From assembly GCA_963693365.1 (NCBI GenBank), contig CAVNZM010000004.1, forward strand, positions 5,644,564-5,708,563: 64,000 nt of DNA, read 5' to 3'. Below are positions 1-13,290 of the stretch, piece after piece. A model generated the notes under the pieces. The model was not told the origin of the DNA. It made no database searches and saw nothing but the letters and a program-made list of their open reading frames with translations. Made by a program: the position numbers and the translations under genes. Each line of letters begins with the position of its first letter. Positions within the stretch are counted from its first letter, which is position 1. The DNA is from Amoebidium appalachense. Taxonomy: Eukaryota; Protista; Ichthyosporea.

Positions 1-937
1 CCCCTTCTCTCACCGCCAGCAAGAGGCACACGGGGACGCCCCGGACGTGAAACCTACTGCTATGCGCGTGTGATACCTTGCGTGCTAGGCCTGGGCCTGG
101 TGGAGAGTCGTGTAGGCCGTGCAACTGCGTGGACAGGCCGATACCGTGCTGTGGACGCCTAACTACTCGTGTAGAGTGCGCAAAGCTGCAACTACACACA
201 GGCCTATATCTAGAGTGCCGGCCGGTGCAGCGTTTAATCACGTGTGCCTACGTCCTACAGAGGCTGGCCTCTACGAAAAGCGTATCAAGATGCAAGTCCG
301 CAGAGGTCCGGTGGCGTCGTGCAAGCACTCTCACACAGGCATGGTAGTCCTATATTGGGCTAGTGTCTGGGGTATAGCTGTATAGCCCTACGTGTACGCG
401 CGCTCTGGTCGGAGAAGCTCGAAGGCGGATGGTTTCTCTTGAAACGCATGCATCAGCACGTGATGCCGATCTGCAGTTTGCGTAATGCAGAGAGCCAATC
501 AGAAGCCTTGTGTGGTGCACAGTACACCAATGAAATTGACTGTATATTTCATTGGCTAAACAGCCCTGCCCCGGACACAAATTAATTATATACATGCCCC
601 GATCGAATATATATATATATATATATATATATACTTCAGCCTCTCCGCCGCGCTTCGCGTCCCCGTACGCACCGTTGAACTACAATACGCTATTGTAGCA
701 GAGAGGTTCATAAAGTACGTGTTTCATCGGATAAGACTCTGGGGGTTACGTGGCTGAAAACGAAAATATAAAAGGTTTTGAAAATAGAATAAAAAAGGTG
801 GCGGGGGGAGGGGGGGTACAACTTGAACAAAAAACGATCTTTGCATGGTTGTAATTAGAGATCAGATGAACAAAATAATATTCAATTCCCCCAAAATGCA
901 GTCCTTGGAAAAGTCTCTCCTGTGTTTCAGAGAGAGT

Positions 938-1232
<295 letters not shown>

Positions 1233-1371
1233 TGTCGACGTACATGCACGTCTGCGCTCAAAAACCTTTAACATTCAAAGAATGCATTGTTGCCGTAAGG
1301 TTGATCCACGGCCATCTAGAGACTCTACTAGATGGCCGTGGGTTGATCGTAAGGCAACCAGTCAAGTATCC

Positions 1372-2260
1372 TGATAAGTCGACCGTGAGCCACTTTAGTG
1401 GCTCATACCGGACGACCACCCCTGCAGCTTAGTGGTCGAGAGTCGCGCCCCACTTTCTTGGTATGCCCAGTTAGCTGCTGAAGTTTCCTGCCTTTTTTGT
1501 CTTTGGACCAAGGTGATTGGTGTAATAAAAGAGGGTGCCAGCACTTGCCAACCAACAAGGGGTATCGTGGTTTTTTCGCATTCCCCTCGGCAGTCGACAG
1601 ATCGCCGGATTTCAGCCCAGATTTTCCCCAGAAGCGGGTGAACCCCTTGAGAACGCTACGTCGTGAACTCGATGAAAAGACAACATAGAGCCTTCAAGTT
1701 TTGCCGCTAGCATGCTAATACATTGTTTTTGCTTTCTGCTACTTTTTGAAGGGTTTCGCGCACCTTGAAGCAACCATATTTTGACATAACCAAAAACTTG
1801 TCCAGAGAGCGCAGTTTGATTTGATTCCGCTCGATTGCCGACCTCCATTTCCGGTGGAGGAAGGCCATCCCCTACAGAACGCTACTAAGTGATCTCGGTG
1901 GAATGACAACGTAATAACTTGATATTTTGCAGGCAGCACGCCAATACTATCCTCTTTGTTTTCTACTAATTATTTTTAGGGCGTAGCACTACGTGGGGAT
2001 GCAATATTTCAAACACAACCAAAAACTCGTCCAGAAAATCAAATTCTTCGTTTGCAATATCAAGCTCGCAGCGCAGTATGAAGCAGACATTAAAAAAATA
2101 ACTTCGTGTTCTTGGTGTCTGCGTGACCGTTAGGTTGTCAACAACGCCGGTGTGTAGTTTTTTTTTTTGAGTTTTGTATATTCACTACCACTTATAGGGA
2201 TCGCGCGCAACTAGGTCATTCGAGCCACAAAAGTGGCTCAGATCGCCAGTTGGCTTATCA
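1372..2260. mobile_element. Possible degenerate MITE / non-autonomous DNA transposon
   Basis: TGATAAG..GAGCCAC-ttta-GTGGCTC at 1372-1404 is mirrored by GAGCCAC-aaaa-GTGGCTC..CTTATCA at 2222-2260; AT-rich non-coding interior; no TSD identified. Confidence 0.4.
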
Positions 2261-2886
2261 ATCCAGTCATCGAAAAATAAACGATTCATATTCCTAGCCA
2301 GTCGACCCAAATGTACGTATATACGGGCCTACAACAAAACAACACATCAACCACCAGACCCAGAAAACCCAAATCTAAACCAAAATGATTCCTAACCATG
2401 CAAAACAACAAAACAGGAACACTACTATAGCCAATCATGATCATGATGAAACTTTGGCCAAGCCTAAGACAACTGTATCAAACTTCAAATTGTGTGTTCT
2501 ATGTGCTTATGTACTTACGAACACATTTTCGAGATTGCACGTGTACATACGCTGCTGACTGTGTGTATCCTTATTAGTATTGCCTCTACTCAAGATCCCC
2601 CTCCATGCATACGGTTTTCTTCCAGCAGGTGGTGGGTCATACTCTGGCCAGTGTCATATACGACATAACAGCCTCTGCCGCACGGCATGTACGTGCATAC
2701 ATATCTTCTTCTATGATAACCCAAAACGCAGGCACAGAAACACATATACGCAACACACAGAGACACAATAAAACACACGCACACACACACGGACATACAA
2801 ACACACGCACATACACAGCTTCCACACCACCCTAGAAAGAGGCCGCGATTTTTTTCCTTTTTTTTCTTTTTTTTTGTGTTGTGTGT

Positions 2887-2936
<50 letters not shown>

Positions 2937-4969
2937 CTGAATTCGAACCTTTTTACTACAGGCTGACCCTAGTGTACACAACTCAGGCCATGAGGTACAA
3001 ATTCCTGCCCCCAATGATGCCGGCCCTTGAAATGGGCGGTCCCTGTACAGTACTGAGCACAGTTGTTTCTAGGGCCACCCCCGCTGTCACTCCCTGAGTG
3101 ACCCCACCCAGCACGGCCTGGCAGCATTGTGCAGACCCACAGCCTCCTGGCATGGTCGTGCGCGTGTGTGCCTGCAGCAGCACTAATATGAGATGCACAC
3201 CATGAGTCTGCAGATATTATACCCGCCGCACCATAAGCATATGTTGTGGGCCTTGAAGACGCACGGTAGTCAAGTTACTATTGTCAGCAGACATTGCTAT
3301 ATGATGGCACCCTTGGTCCCTTTCGTGTGGGCCCACATGCTGGCAGGCCAACAGTGGATCCCGGCCGTTTCGTTTTGCAGCCCATCATATATGGCCTGCT
3401 GGCCAAGGTTAACAGGCAACCAGCAACACACCCCCTAGCCGGGCCGTACCAGCTGCCACGTACTGTGCAGTGAGCACCAAATGCTACAACGGTAATGGGC
3501 CACAAGGGGGTATCCGCTGTTGCATCCACACGTGTCACATCTCAGTGAGTCAGTTTGATATCATTATATTTACCGTGTATGATATTCATTGGCCATGATA
3601 TCATACTGCATAGGAAATTCATATCAGTGACTCCAATATCATATCGGTTTTATGGCCACCGGTGAGGCTGGGGTTTAAACTCTGGGCTAAGTGTGTATTA
3701 GTAGTTAGGTTTGGTGACAGTGTGTTAGCTATGTAGCTTAGCTGATTGCACCTTTAGCACTCTAAATAGGGTACAGTTGGTGCTGTGTGGAAGATGATAG
3801 TTCCTATGAGGGCCCCTTCGGGGGTCCTTGCGGAAACAAAACGGGATAAAAAAAAACCCCGATGTCATATCGTACTGCTGCTTGGGATGACCCATCAAGG
3901 CCGGGTCTCAGCCAAACCCCATGTCCCAACGATAACAATATGTATTGCCCTTGCCTTGCTCCGAATACACACGACTTGTACGGCTGTACATGTACAGGGC
4001 AGGTACCCACATCCACACACACCACATCATAGCATAGGCACGTTCACAGATCCACCTGTCACTAGCCCCAATAGTATAGAAGGTGCAACACCGGCCGTAT
4101 GCTCATGGCGCTCAACATCCAACCCGGTTTATACTTCCGGATCCACACTTCAGAACGCGGGGTGTTACATGTTTTCAAAATCCGAATTTCCAAGATGGCA
4201 ACTCAGAATACTTTGTGATTAATTACACGGTGCACGTGGCCGAACATGTTTTGCCAATGGAAACCGACTGGGAACTATCCCCCTAAGGCAGCCCCTCGTG
4301 TGTGATTATGGCTTACTGCGTTTTCCAGCACGGCCACAAACTAGACGAGATGCGCCGCAGGCACCCCAGTGACATATATACCTAATTAGATTTACATGAC
4401 AGATTTGCACCACCGTGTAACTTGGGTGGACTCCCAGACGAGATATACAAAGACGAAACAACCAAATCATACTAAGCCGAATTCGAATTTGGCAGAAAAA
4501 CTATCATTGAGAACCCTGTAAAAGAGGAATATTCCCCGAGAGTGGTGCTATATAGCTACGAAAGGAAGCTAACGATTCAACAGCCAATATACCGTCACCC
4601 TTTTATACTTCCACAATCACCATGGCACCATAAAGACACGACCTTACCTTCGTCAGCACCTGCACAATCGATATTCGTCAACAGCCAAACAAAACTCTTC
4701 ACAGCACCATACGGCTACAGTCCGAGTCGTTATATCGTTAACACCCATATAACAACTCCATATTATGGTTAACACTCATAAGACAATCCTTGGCATTACC
4801 GTCTCCTCTTCCAGGTCCCCCGAGCACTCCTTGTACAAGGATCGACGCTGACAGTGCGGCTGGTGTGGGCGACACCGAAAACAAACCAGGCACCGGGCAT
4901 GGTGGCCTCATCCAGCCAGGGTGCTGCAGCAGCCATGCCGGTGGGTGTGGGGGCAGGCACGGCCAGGGG

Positions 4970-6170
4970 CTAGGCCGGCCTCTGCCTGATGTGGGCCTTC
5001 TGGGCCAGCAGGCGCTGGCGGGCCACCTGGTCCACCACCAGGTCCTCACAGCCCTCCACCACTATGCCCGGCAGCACCCCGGCACATGCCGCCCCGCCAT
5101 GCTCCAGCTCTCTCTCCTGTCTGCCCTTCAGCATCCCCCCCCCCCTCCCCCCCCCCCCCCCCCCCCCCCCGCCCCCCCTTCCTCCAGCAGCATGTGCACA
5201 CCTGCACAGCTGGGACCGGGGTGGGGTCAGGCTCAGGCACGGGCTGCCAGCCCTCAGGGGGGGAAGGTGGGGGGGAGATCAGCAGCATGCGGTCGGCCAC
5301 CGGGGGCTGCAGCTGGCTGGCGTGGGGGCTACCCTGCAGTCAGGTGGCTGGTCAGGTCCGCACCAGCCACAGCCCCGCCATGGCCACACCACAAGGAAGC
5401 CAAGGAAACAAAAAGTGGGAGCCCAGCCTGCCAATAGAGAGTTGTACAACCAAAGCCTTCCCCAGGCAACAGCAGGAATCTTGCATTCACCGACAGACAC
5501 AAAAATAAAAATACTTATACGTGTGCCAACAGAATTAAGTGCAAATACCTGCCATACCTGCGTACACAGACACAAGCACATACATAGTCAAACATGCCGC
5601 AGGACACATACATGAACACATGCCTGATTGGTGACCATACATGCATACGCCGGCACGTGCACATACCTCATCATGCATGAAAACTCCGACAACAGCTAGG
5701 GCACACCAGCTACGCCACGACAACAGCCAAGAAAACTAGGCCTACAGGCTCTACACTTGTAAGGGCATATGGGTCCTGTGCCCGACTACACAGTGTCGAT
5801 TGTTCTGTCTCTTCTGTCCTCTCTCCTACCACACCGCTAAGGGGCCAGCCCGCAGCACTCCCCACCTGTGCATATGCTACGGTTATGCGGTGTGTGCCGT
5901 GCAGGCTGCGGTTCAAGAAGCGCTGCGCCGTGGCCGCGTCCTCCTCGCTGGCATAGGTCACCAGCACCTGGCTGCCGGTCAGCCCCGCCCCTCCTGTGCC
6001 CACCAGGCCAGGCTGCATCCGCCACCTACCGGCCCACCGGGGGCCTCAGGCACAACGCAGCCGCACACGTGGCCCAAAGCCTCGAAGCGCCCCCGCAGCT
6101 CCGCCAGGCCCAGCGCACAGGCAAGGTCGGAGGCATCCAGCCCGTGTATGGTAAGCTGCCGCCCCGCCAT
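4970..6170 (-). CDS. RCAN: Calcipressin / regulator of calcineurin (RCAN family), spliced
   Basis: Exons ~6170-6030, 5967-5866, 5333-5202, 5116-4970 join in frame via GT-AG introns: RRM-like N-terminus (RQLTIHGL..VLVTYASEEDAATAQRFLN..ITVAYAQ), LQPP..MLLISPPPSPPEGW (FLISPPxSPP motif), PGIVVEGC (PxIxIT-like), stop TAG 4972-4970. Start could lie further upstream (~6440). Confidence 0.85.
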
Positions 6171-8221
6171 GCCTGTAACAACCCTCTGCCTTGCTCGACC
6201 TACCCGCTCACCGTCTATAGTCAGCTAACCTGCCTGCCTGCCTGCCAGTCCTGCTTCAGGCATCCAGCACACCTGCCCGTCCTGTCTTGTCGCCTGCGTG
6301 CCTGGCGGTGCGCCGTGTAAAGTATGTACCCAGTTGAAACGTATGCACTCTGTCTCTCTGTGCGTATATACGCGTGGGCTGCTCAGCGGCTCCCGTCCCC
6401 GTGCCCAGCCACCGTCCTTCTGAATCTGGTGCGTACGCATGGTGCCGTCGTGCAGTTCGGCGGCCCGCGAACAGTACTGCTCCTATAACACGGCCGTCTC
6501 GAAAAAATCTATTTTTATCTTTCTAGTTTTAGTAACACCCTTTCATTTTGGTAGCATCACTATCCCCTGCGAACGGCCACCCAGTGCACGTCATCAAATC
6601 GAGGGGGGAATGGAGTTGATTGCATATGCAGTTCATAGGAGTTTTCCGTTTATTGAGTTCGGAAACATAGCAGGAACGAAAGCAAAACCGTACGGCACAC
6701 AAACTGAAACCAAGAAAATAGCGAAACACTTCGTGCAATAACATACATGCATGCTGTATAGAGGCTTTTATGCATATTTAGTCACAGTTCCAACTACTGG
6801 CCACACACGGCCGTGAGGAGTACCAGCTGAGCACAGCCCCTCCTCCCGCCTCTTCCTAGAGTCTAATAGGCCTCGATAGCAGCCAGGTCGAGCAAGTTGG
6901 ACATCAACGAGGAACATGAGTGGGCGAAAGCTGTGTGTGTTGTTTGGTGAGGTTCGAGTACTACTGTTTGTGTCTAGCGCGGCAGCCTTTTCCCTCTCAG
7001 TTTCCTATAGTGAGCGCATGTTGTTTAGTGTTTTCTAGCTGGCGGTTTGCCTTATTTGCGGCTGCTTTTGCTTCTTGCCTTCTGTCCCTAACGTACTGAT
7101 TGAGTGACGTGTTGATAGTGCGCAGTATGAGTGTTTTCTGAAAGCATCTGGTCTCGATGCCACACTTAGCGCATTCGGGAGGCAGTGTGTGCAAGGCAGG
7201 CAGTGTTGGAACTAACGGGTGCAGAGGGTGTTTGCTACAGACCGGTGGATATCACAACCTATAAACGAGTGAAAGAGTTTTTTCTTTTCCTTGTCCAGCA
7301 GTATGCGTGTTGTATTGTAGCAAAGCACCACGACGTCATAGGCATAGCCCACGGCCATCTAGAAACACCATAGCCCGAAGGCACTTCGAGACCCCCCCCA
7401 AAGCTGTTCCATATTGTTCATGAGGGTGAGCTTGATATATGGGGGGGGGGGGGGGGGGGGGGGGGGGGGTGAAGAATGTAGTACAGAGTACCAAGTACAC
7501 TTTCAATGAGAAACACAACGCAGATTCTGGAGGGAAGATCCTTCCCCACCCCCCCCCTACCTCTACCCCAACTCGTGCTCCCCCCCCCCCCCCCCCCCCC
7601 CCCCACCACCACCACACACACACACATAACCCCCCTTCCCCACCACAACCACCTGCCCCGCCTCTACCCGGTTTCTGTTTCCCATGCGCGTACCACTCCC
7701 AGCACTGTTGACACGCATATACACTACACACAAGAAGCAGCTATCCCTGGTAAACTCAGATCCCAAATACATCCTCAGCCCATAACCCTCCCTTCGAAAC
7801 AGGTATCCACCCACCCACCCACCCACGCACACGCACACGCACACACAAACACATCACACGGATACACGCCTCATGACACACTCTCACTCACTTACCCACC
7901 CCTCCACGCACCAACCTCTTCCCCTCCTCCCCCCTCCCCCCTCCCCCCGCCCCTCCCGACCCCCCCCCCACACACATGGTTATAAACCCCTTCCTCCACT
8001 CCTCCCCCCGTGTGTACAACGAGCAAAGGTCTCCGAGCTTGTCACTCCTCTCACCGAATCCCTGGCTGCAAGAAACAACTTAGATGTGTAGATTGGATCG
8101 GTAATGATACCGGGGTGAGGGAGGTGAGGGGGGAGGAGAGGGAGGGGAGAGGGGGAGGGGGGTGATGGTTAAAGGGTTGAGCTTCGTGTACTGGTTGGAA
8201 GGGAAGCGCTTGGAGTTTAGT

Positions 8222-8253
<32 letters not shown>

Positions 8254-8639
8254 TGAATGCGGTACACGGTACGAAGTACGCATACACGACGAGAAGCATG
8301 GTGCAGGACACATGCAAAGGCAAACATTCAAGTATGCAACATCAGCCATGTGCACAGTATGCGTCATAAGCAGAGCCCATCCTCAGGGAGGACCCAAGTC
8401 ATCAATTGCGTCTGAGTTTCGACCCCTTAGCCCGCGTATATACGACGCTCCAACTCAGACAGCAGCATCAACTGAACTTGGGCGGGTCAACCCGTCTTGA
8501 TCAAAGACGAGCAGGGTCAAGCAAGGTGAGCAAAACGGTGAAGATGTGTGTGTAAACTAATGCAGTGCAGCGAAAAAAATGCGCATGTGCTTACAGATGC
8601 ACGACACAGAGCAACCATGCCCGGTTGCATAGAAGTAAA

Positions 8640-9430
<791 letters not shown>

Positions 9431-10259
9431 AGGTAGGAGTGTGACCAGACGAAAGAGAAACGACATAGAGATGACCTAAAAAAACACAATAAATACGTCA
9501 CTCAGTAGTCGCTGAGGAGGGCTTGTGCCACAGGGGACGTGAAGGGGGAGGGGTGAAGGTAGGGGAGAGGCATCTGGTCGATCTGTGGGGTATATTTGAA
9601 TAGGTTGAGTGGGTTGACTATGAGTTGAAACAGTGTTTCAGTTCGGTTTAACTTACAGATTTTACAAAACTATCGTGTATGTACGCATGCTATTGTTTTG
9701 GGTACACCGACCGTTTCGTGTTCTCGTATTTTTTTCGCTACTCATGGTCTACTAAATTACTAATTAGTCAAATACTATGATAGTTCGGCGCGAGCGCCCG
9801 TCAATCTTCAACTCCATTCCCCGCAGGATTGTGGCTGACGGATGACGATCGGAACCAAGGCCAGGTGTTCCAGAGGGCCATGTCCTTCAGTATGTAATGA
9901 CCCAGTCAACCAGTGGGCCAGTGAGCACACGAAGGTTCCTCGGTGTGGCTCACCTGGACCTACCATATTAGGCAGGTACTCATGTATTGCTGCGACATGT
10001 GATTGGCGCATAATCACCCGCCTTCGACACCGCCATGACTTTTTGGCGCAGGCGGCACAAAAGCAGCTGCAAACTGAAGATCATGCATATGGCATACCTA
10101 TACATACTACACTCACAATTATACGTACAAAAAAAAAGGCGCACAAACGTATAGGAGCCTGCATGTTCTACAGCACGGCACACAGGCACAGCAGCATACA
10201 CGCACCAGGAGAGGCACACACAAAGAAGCAGGAGAAAGCGCAGGCTTAGAAGCAGCAGC

Positions 10260-10505
10260 ATGAGCGTCGAAGTGAAAGTGGTGGATGAGGCCGGGCTGCG
10301 CGAGGCGCTAGGGCGGATCCGCAGCGACGGGGACAGCACCAACTGGGTGCTGGCGCACCACACCGGCAAGCCTGACGAGATCGCACTCAAGGCCTGCGGC
10401 AGCGGCGGCCTGCAGGAGCTGCTGGCCCAGGTGGAGGACGACAACGTGTGCTATGCCTTGTGTGCGTGCCCCTGCCTTGTGCCTCACAGCCACACACACA
10501 CACAC

Positions 10506-10552
<47 letters not shown>

Positions 10553-10571
10553 CTCGCGCGCGCGCTCACAT

Positions 10572-10606
<35 letters not shown>

Positions 10607-11986
10607 TGCACACAAGCACACGCACACACGCACTAGCACATGAGCGGAAGCACCTACGCTGCGCGCACACACGCACACTTTCGAACACAAGTACACACAC
10701 ATGCACACGCACATGGGCGGAAGCACCTACACTCCGCACACAGGCCCACACTGGCACGCACACACACATGGCCGCAAGCACCTACACTTCCATCACAAGC
10801 ACGGACATAGGCATGCACACACGCATGCACAGGCACACACGGGCGCACACGCACAAACACGTGCACACACCCACGCAAGCATGAACGCAAGCAAAGGCTG
10901 ACGCCCACAAGGACGTTCTAGCATACGGGCCTGTATACACACACAACACACACTCTGACACAAACACATACAAACTAAAGAACCCCCTCCACTGGGTTTT
11001 CCCATAAAAAGACGCCACACCCACAACACAACAAAATGCAAAACAGCAAAGAAGCGTGCTTAGCGACGGATGAGGTTTAGTTACTGGAAAGGGGAAAGCC
11101 TGTTGTAGATCCACGTGTTTGGGAACAGTCAAGTGAAAGTGATGTGGCTTGGGCTTCTGAGAGCACACCCACTATCACTAAAGCACCGATACATCCGGGC
11201 CCCACCCACCTGGTGCTTGAGGCTGTTTGTGGGCGTTGTTTTCTCATTCAAGTGTCTTCCTGCAGTGTTTGTGGGATTTGTTTTTCTCATTCACGTGTCT
11301 TCCTGCAGTGTTTGTGGGATTTGTTTTTCTCATTCACGTGTCTTCCTGCAGTGTTTGTGGGATTTGTCTTTCGCATTCACGTGTCTTCCTGCAGTGTTTG
11401 TGGGATTTGTTTTTCTCATTCACGTGTCTTCCTGCAGTGTTTGTGGGATTTAATTTCTCATTCACGTATCTTCCTGCAGTAAGAGTTACCGAGACGGTGG
11501 ACTTGAGTGAGACAGTCAAGTTTGTGTACCTCCACTTCATCGGACCCAAGCTATCGTTTGTAAAAAAGGGTCGATATGGCATCGTCTACGGTAGTGTTAC
11601 CACAAAATTCTTCTCTCCTCACCACGTCATGTTTCCTGGCATTGAAGATTTAGGAGATATAAGCGACGAAATTGTCATGAGAAAGGTTGCTGAAGCCAGG
11701 TATGTGGGCCGACAGTCATCTGGTTCTGTGTGGTTGCACGTGCAAGCAATTTTTTCTCAAGTTGCAGCCAGCAAAATGTGTGCTTGTGCTTGCGATGTGT
11801 GGGTGAAAGTGGCTTGCTGGGCCGGGAAGGCTTGGCAGCCGAGGGTAGATGATAAGCCTGAAAGGAAGTCGTTGACGATAAAACATGTTGGTCGTGACTG
11901 TGGCAGGAGTTTCTGGTGTCCAGGGAAGGGTGAGATGGTATGGGAGGCGATAGGGGCAGGCTGGTATTGAAGGGGAGAGAGGGGGT

Positions 11987-12021
<35 letters not shown>

Positions 12022-13290
12022 TGGGGCAGGCTGGTATTGGAGGGGAGAGAGGGGTGGGGTGGGGGGGGGGGGGGGGGGGGAGGTGAATGGTGCAGGCTGG
12101 TACTGCGGGGGAAAGAAGAGGAGGAGAGGGGGGAGGTTTTTTGGACAGGCAGGTATTGTGAGGGAGAGAGGGGGAGGGATAGGGAGTGCAGGAGACAGGC
12201 TGGTATTGCCGGGTGTGTGTGTGTGTGTGTTTGGAGGGGGGGGGGGGGGGGGGGGAGGAGGGGGGAGAAGGGCGAGTGAAGTGGCCAGGCTGGTATGGGG
12301 GGGAGAGAAGGTGAAGAGGGGGGGAGGGGGGGGGGAGTGAGAGGAGTGATTGGGCCGGGCTGTTTAGGGGGGAGAAGAGGGGGGGGGGGGGGGGGGGGGG
12401 GGGAAGTGAAGGTGGCAGGATGGGGCCGGGCACTAAGACTGAGGGGTGGCACAGCGGCACAGCAAAGCACGAGCTGCAGTCCACAGAGGGCCGGCAGGTG
12501 CGCAACTTCACGGGCAAGCCCACGTTCCAGGACTCGCCCCACCTGAAGAAGACCGAGGAGCAAACAAAGCCCCCGCAGGTGGGTGGTTGGGCTGCTGGGG
12601 GGGGGGGGGGGGGCTGAGGTGTTGGGGGCAGTTCAAGCACGTCAAGCCCATCGACACCAAGAAGGCCGACCTGGAGTTTGGGCCCGAGCTAAGGGGCGCC
12701 GTAGCGCTGGTGCGCAACGACCAGGCCCCCGTCAACTGGTGTGCAAAACAAGCCCCGGGGCTAGGCCCAGGTGCGGCATGGGGCTGACTGGTGGGGGCAT
12801 GCAGGGTGCTGGGCACCTACGAGGGGGGGACCCCAAGCGGCCCGTGGTGCTGGCAGCAAAGGGCACGGGGGGCCTGGACGAGCTTGTGGGCAGCCTGGAC
12901 CCGGCCAAGATCATGTACGGCCTGCTGCGCACCACAGATGTCTACGAAGGTACGTGGCCCAAGCACGGGCCCTGGCCCCTGGGCCTGCATGCTCACGGGG
13001 TGGCTGCAGGCATCACCACCATCAAGTTTGTCTACTTCAGCTTCATTGGCGAGGACGTGCCCCACATGCAGCGCGCACGCATCTCCGTGCACAAGGGCGC
13101 CACCGAGGAGTTCTTCTCGGTATGTGTTGCCTGTTGGGGCGGTGGGCTGTGTGTTTGGGGGCGGTGCTGACTTTTTGTGCAGCCGTACCACGTGGCGTTT
13201 GACGGCATCAGCAGGGCAACAGAGGTCACCGAAGAAGCGGTGCGGTCCAAGATAGCCGCCGCATCGGGCTCCAAGAACTGGGTCAAGTGA
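10260..13290 (+). CDS. Tandem two-ADF-H-domain (coactosin/drebrin-like) actin-binding protein, 7 exons
   Basis: Exons 10260-10461, 11480-11699, 12455-12578, 12632-12738, 12805-12949, 13010-13119, 13183-13290. Both domains show NWVL..G(S/T)GGLxEL..Y(A/G)LLR..KFVYxxFIG..FFSPxHV. Needs one extra G in the run at 12823-12829. Confidence 0.85.
11238..11479 (+). repeat. 43-bp minisatellite (~5.6 copies) ending in the real 3' splice site
   Basis: Unit TTTTTCTCATTCACGTGTCTTCCTGCAGTGTTTGTGGGATTTG at ~11238, 11281, 11324, 11367, 11410, partial at 11453. Confidence 0.95.

Noticed and set aside
639-720. Cluster of small stems suggesting a ribozyme or Helitron end
   Set aside because: Does not fit hammerhead, HDV or twister cores; no CTRR terminus; single copy here
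3790-4790. Decayed coding-like sequence (possible viral or TE relic)
   Set aside because: Short broken frames with no recognisable domain
11238-11479. CRISPR-like array (also 17263-17411 and 22422-22653)
   Set aside because: Head-to-tail units without unique spacers, no cas genes, eukaryotic context
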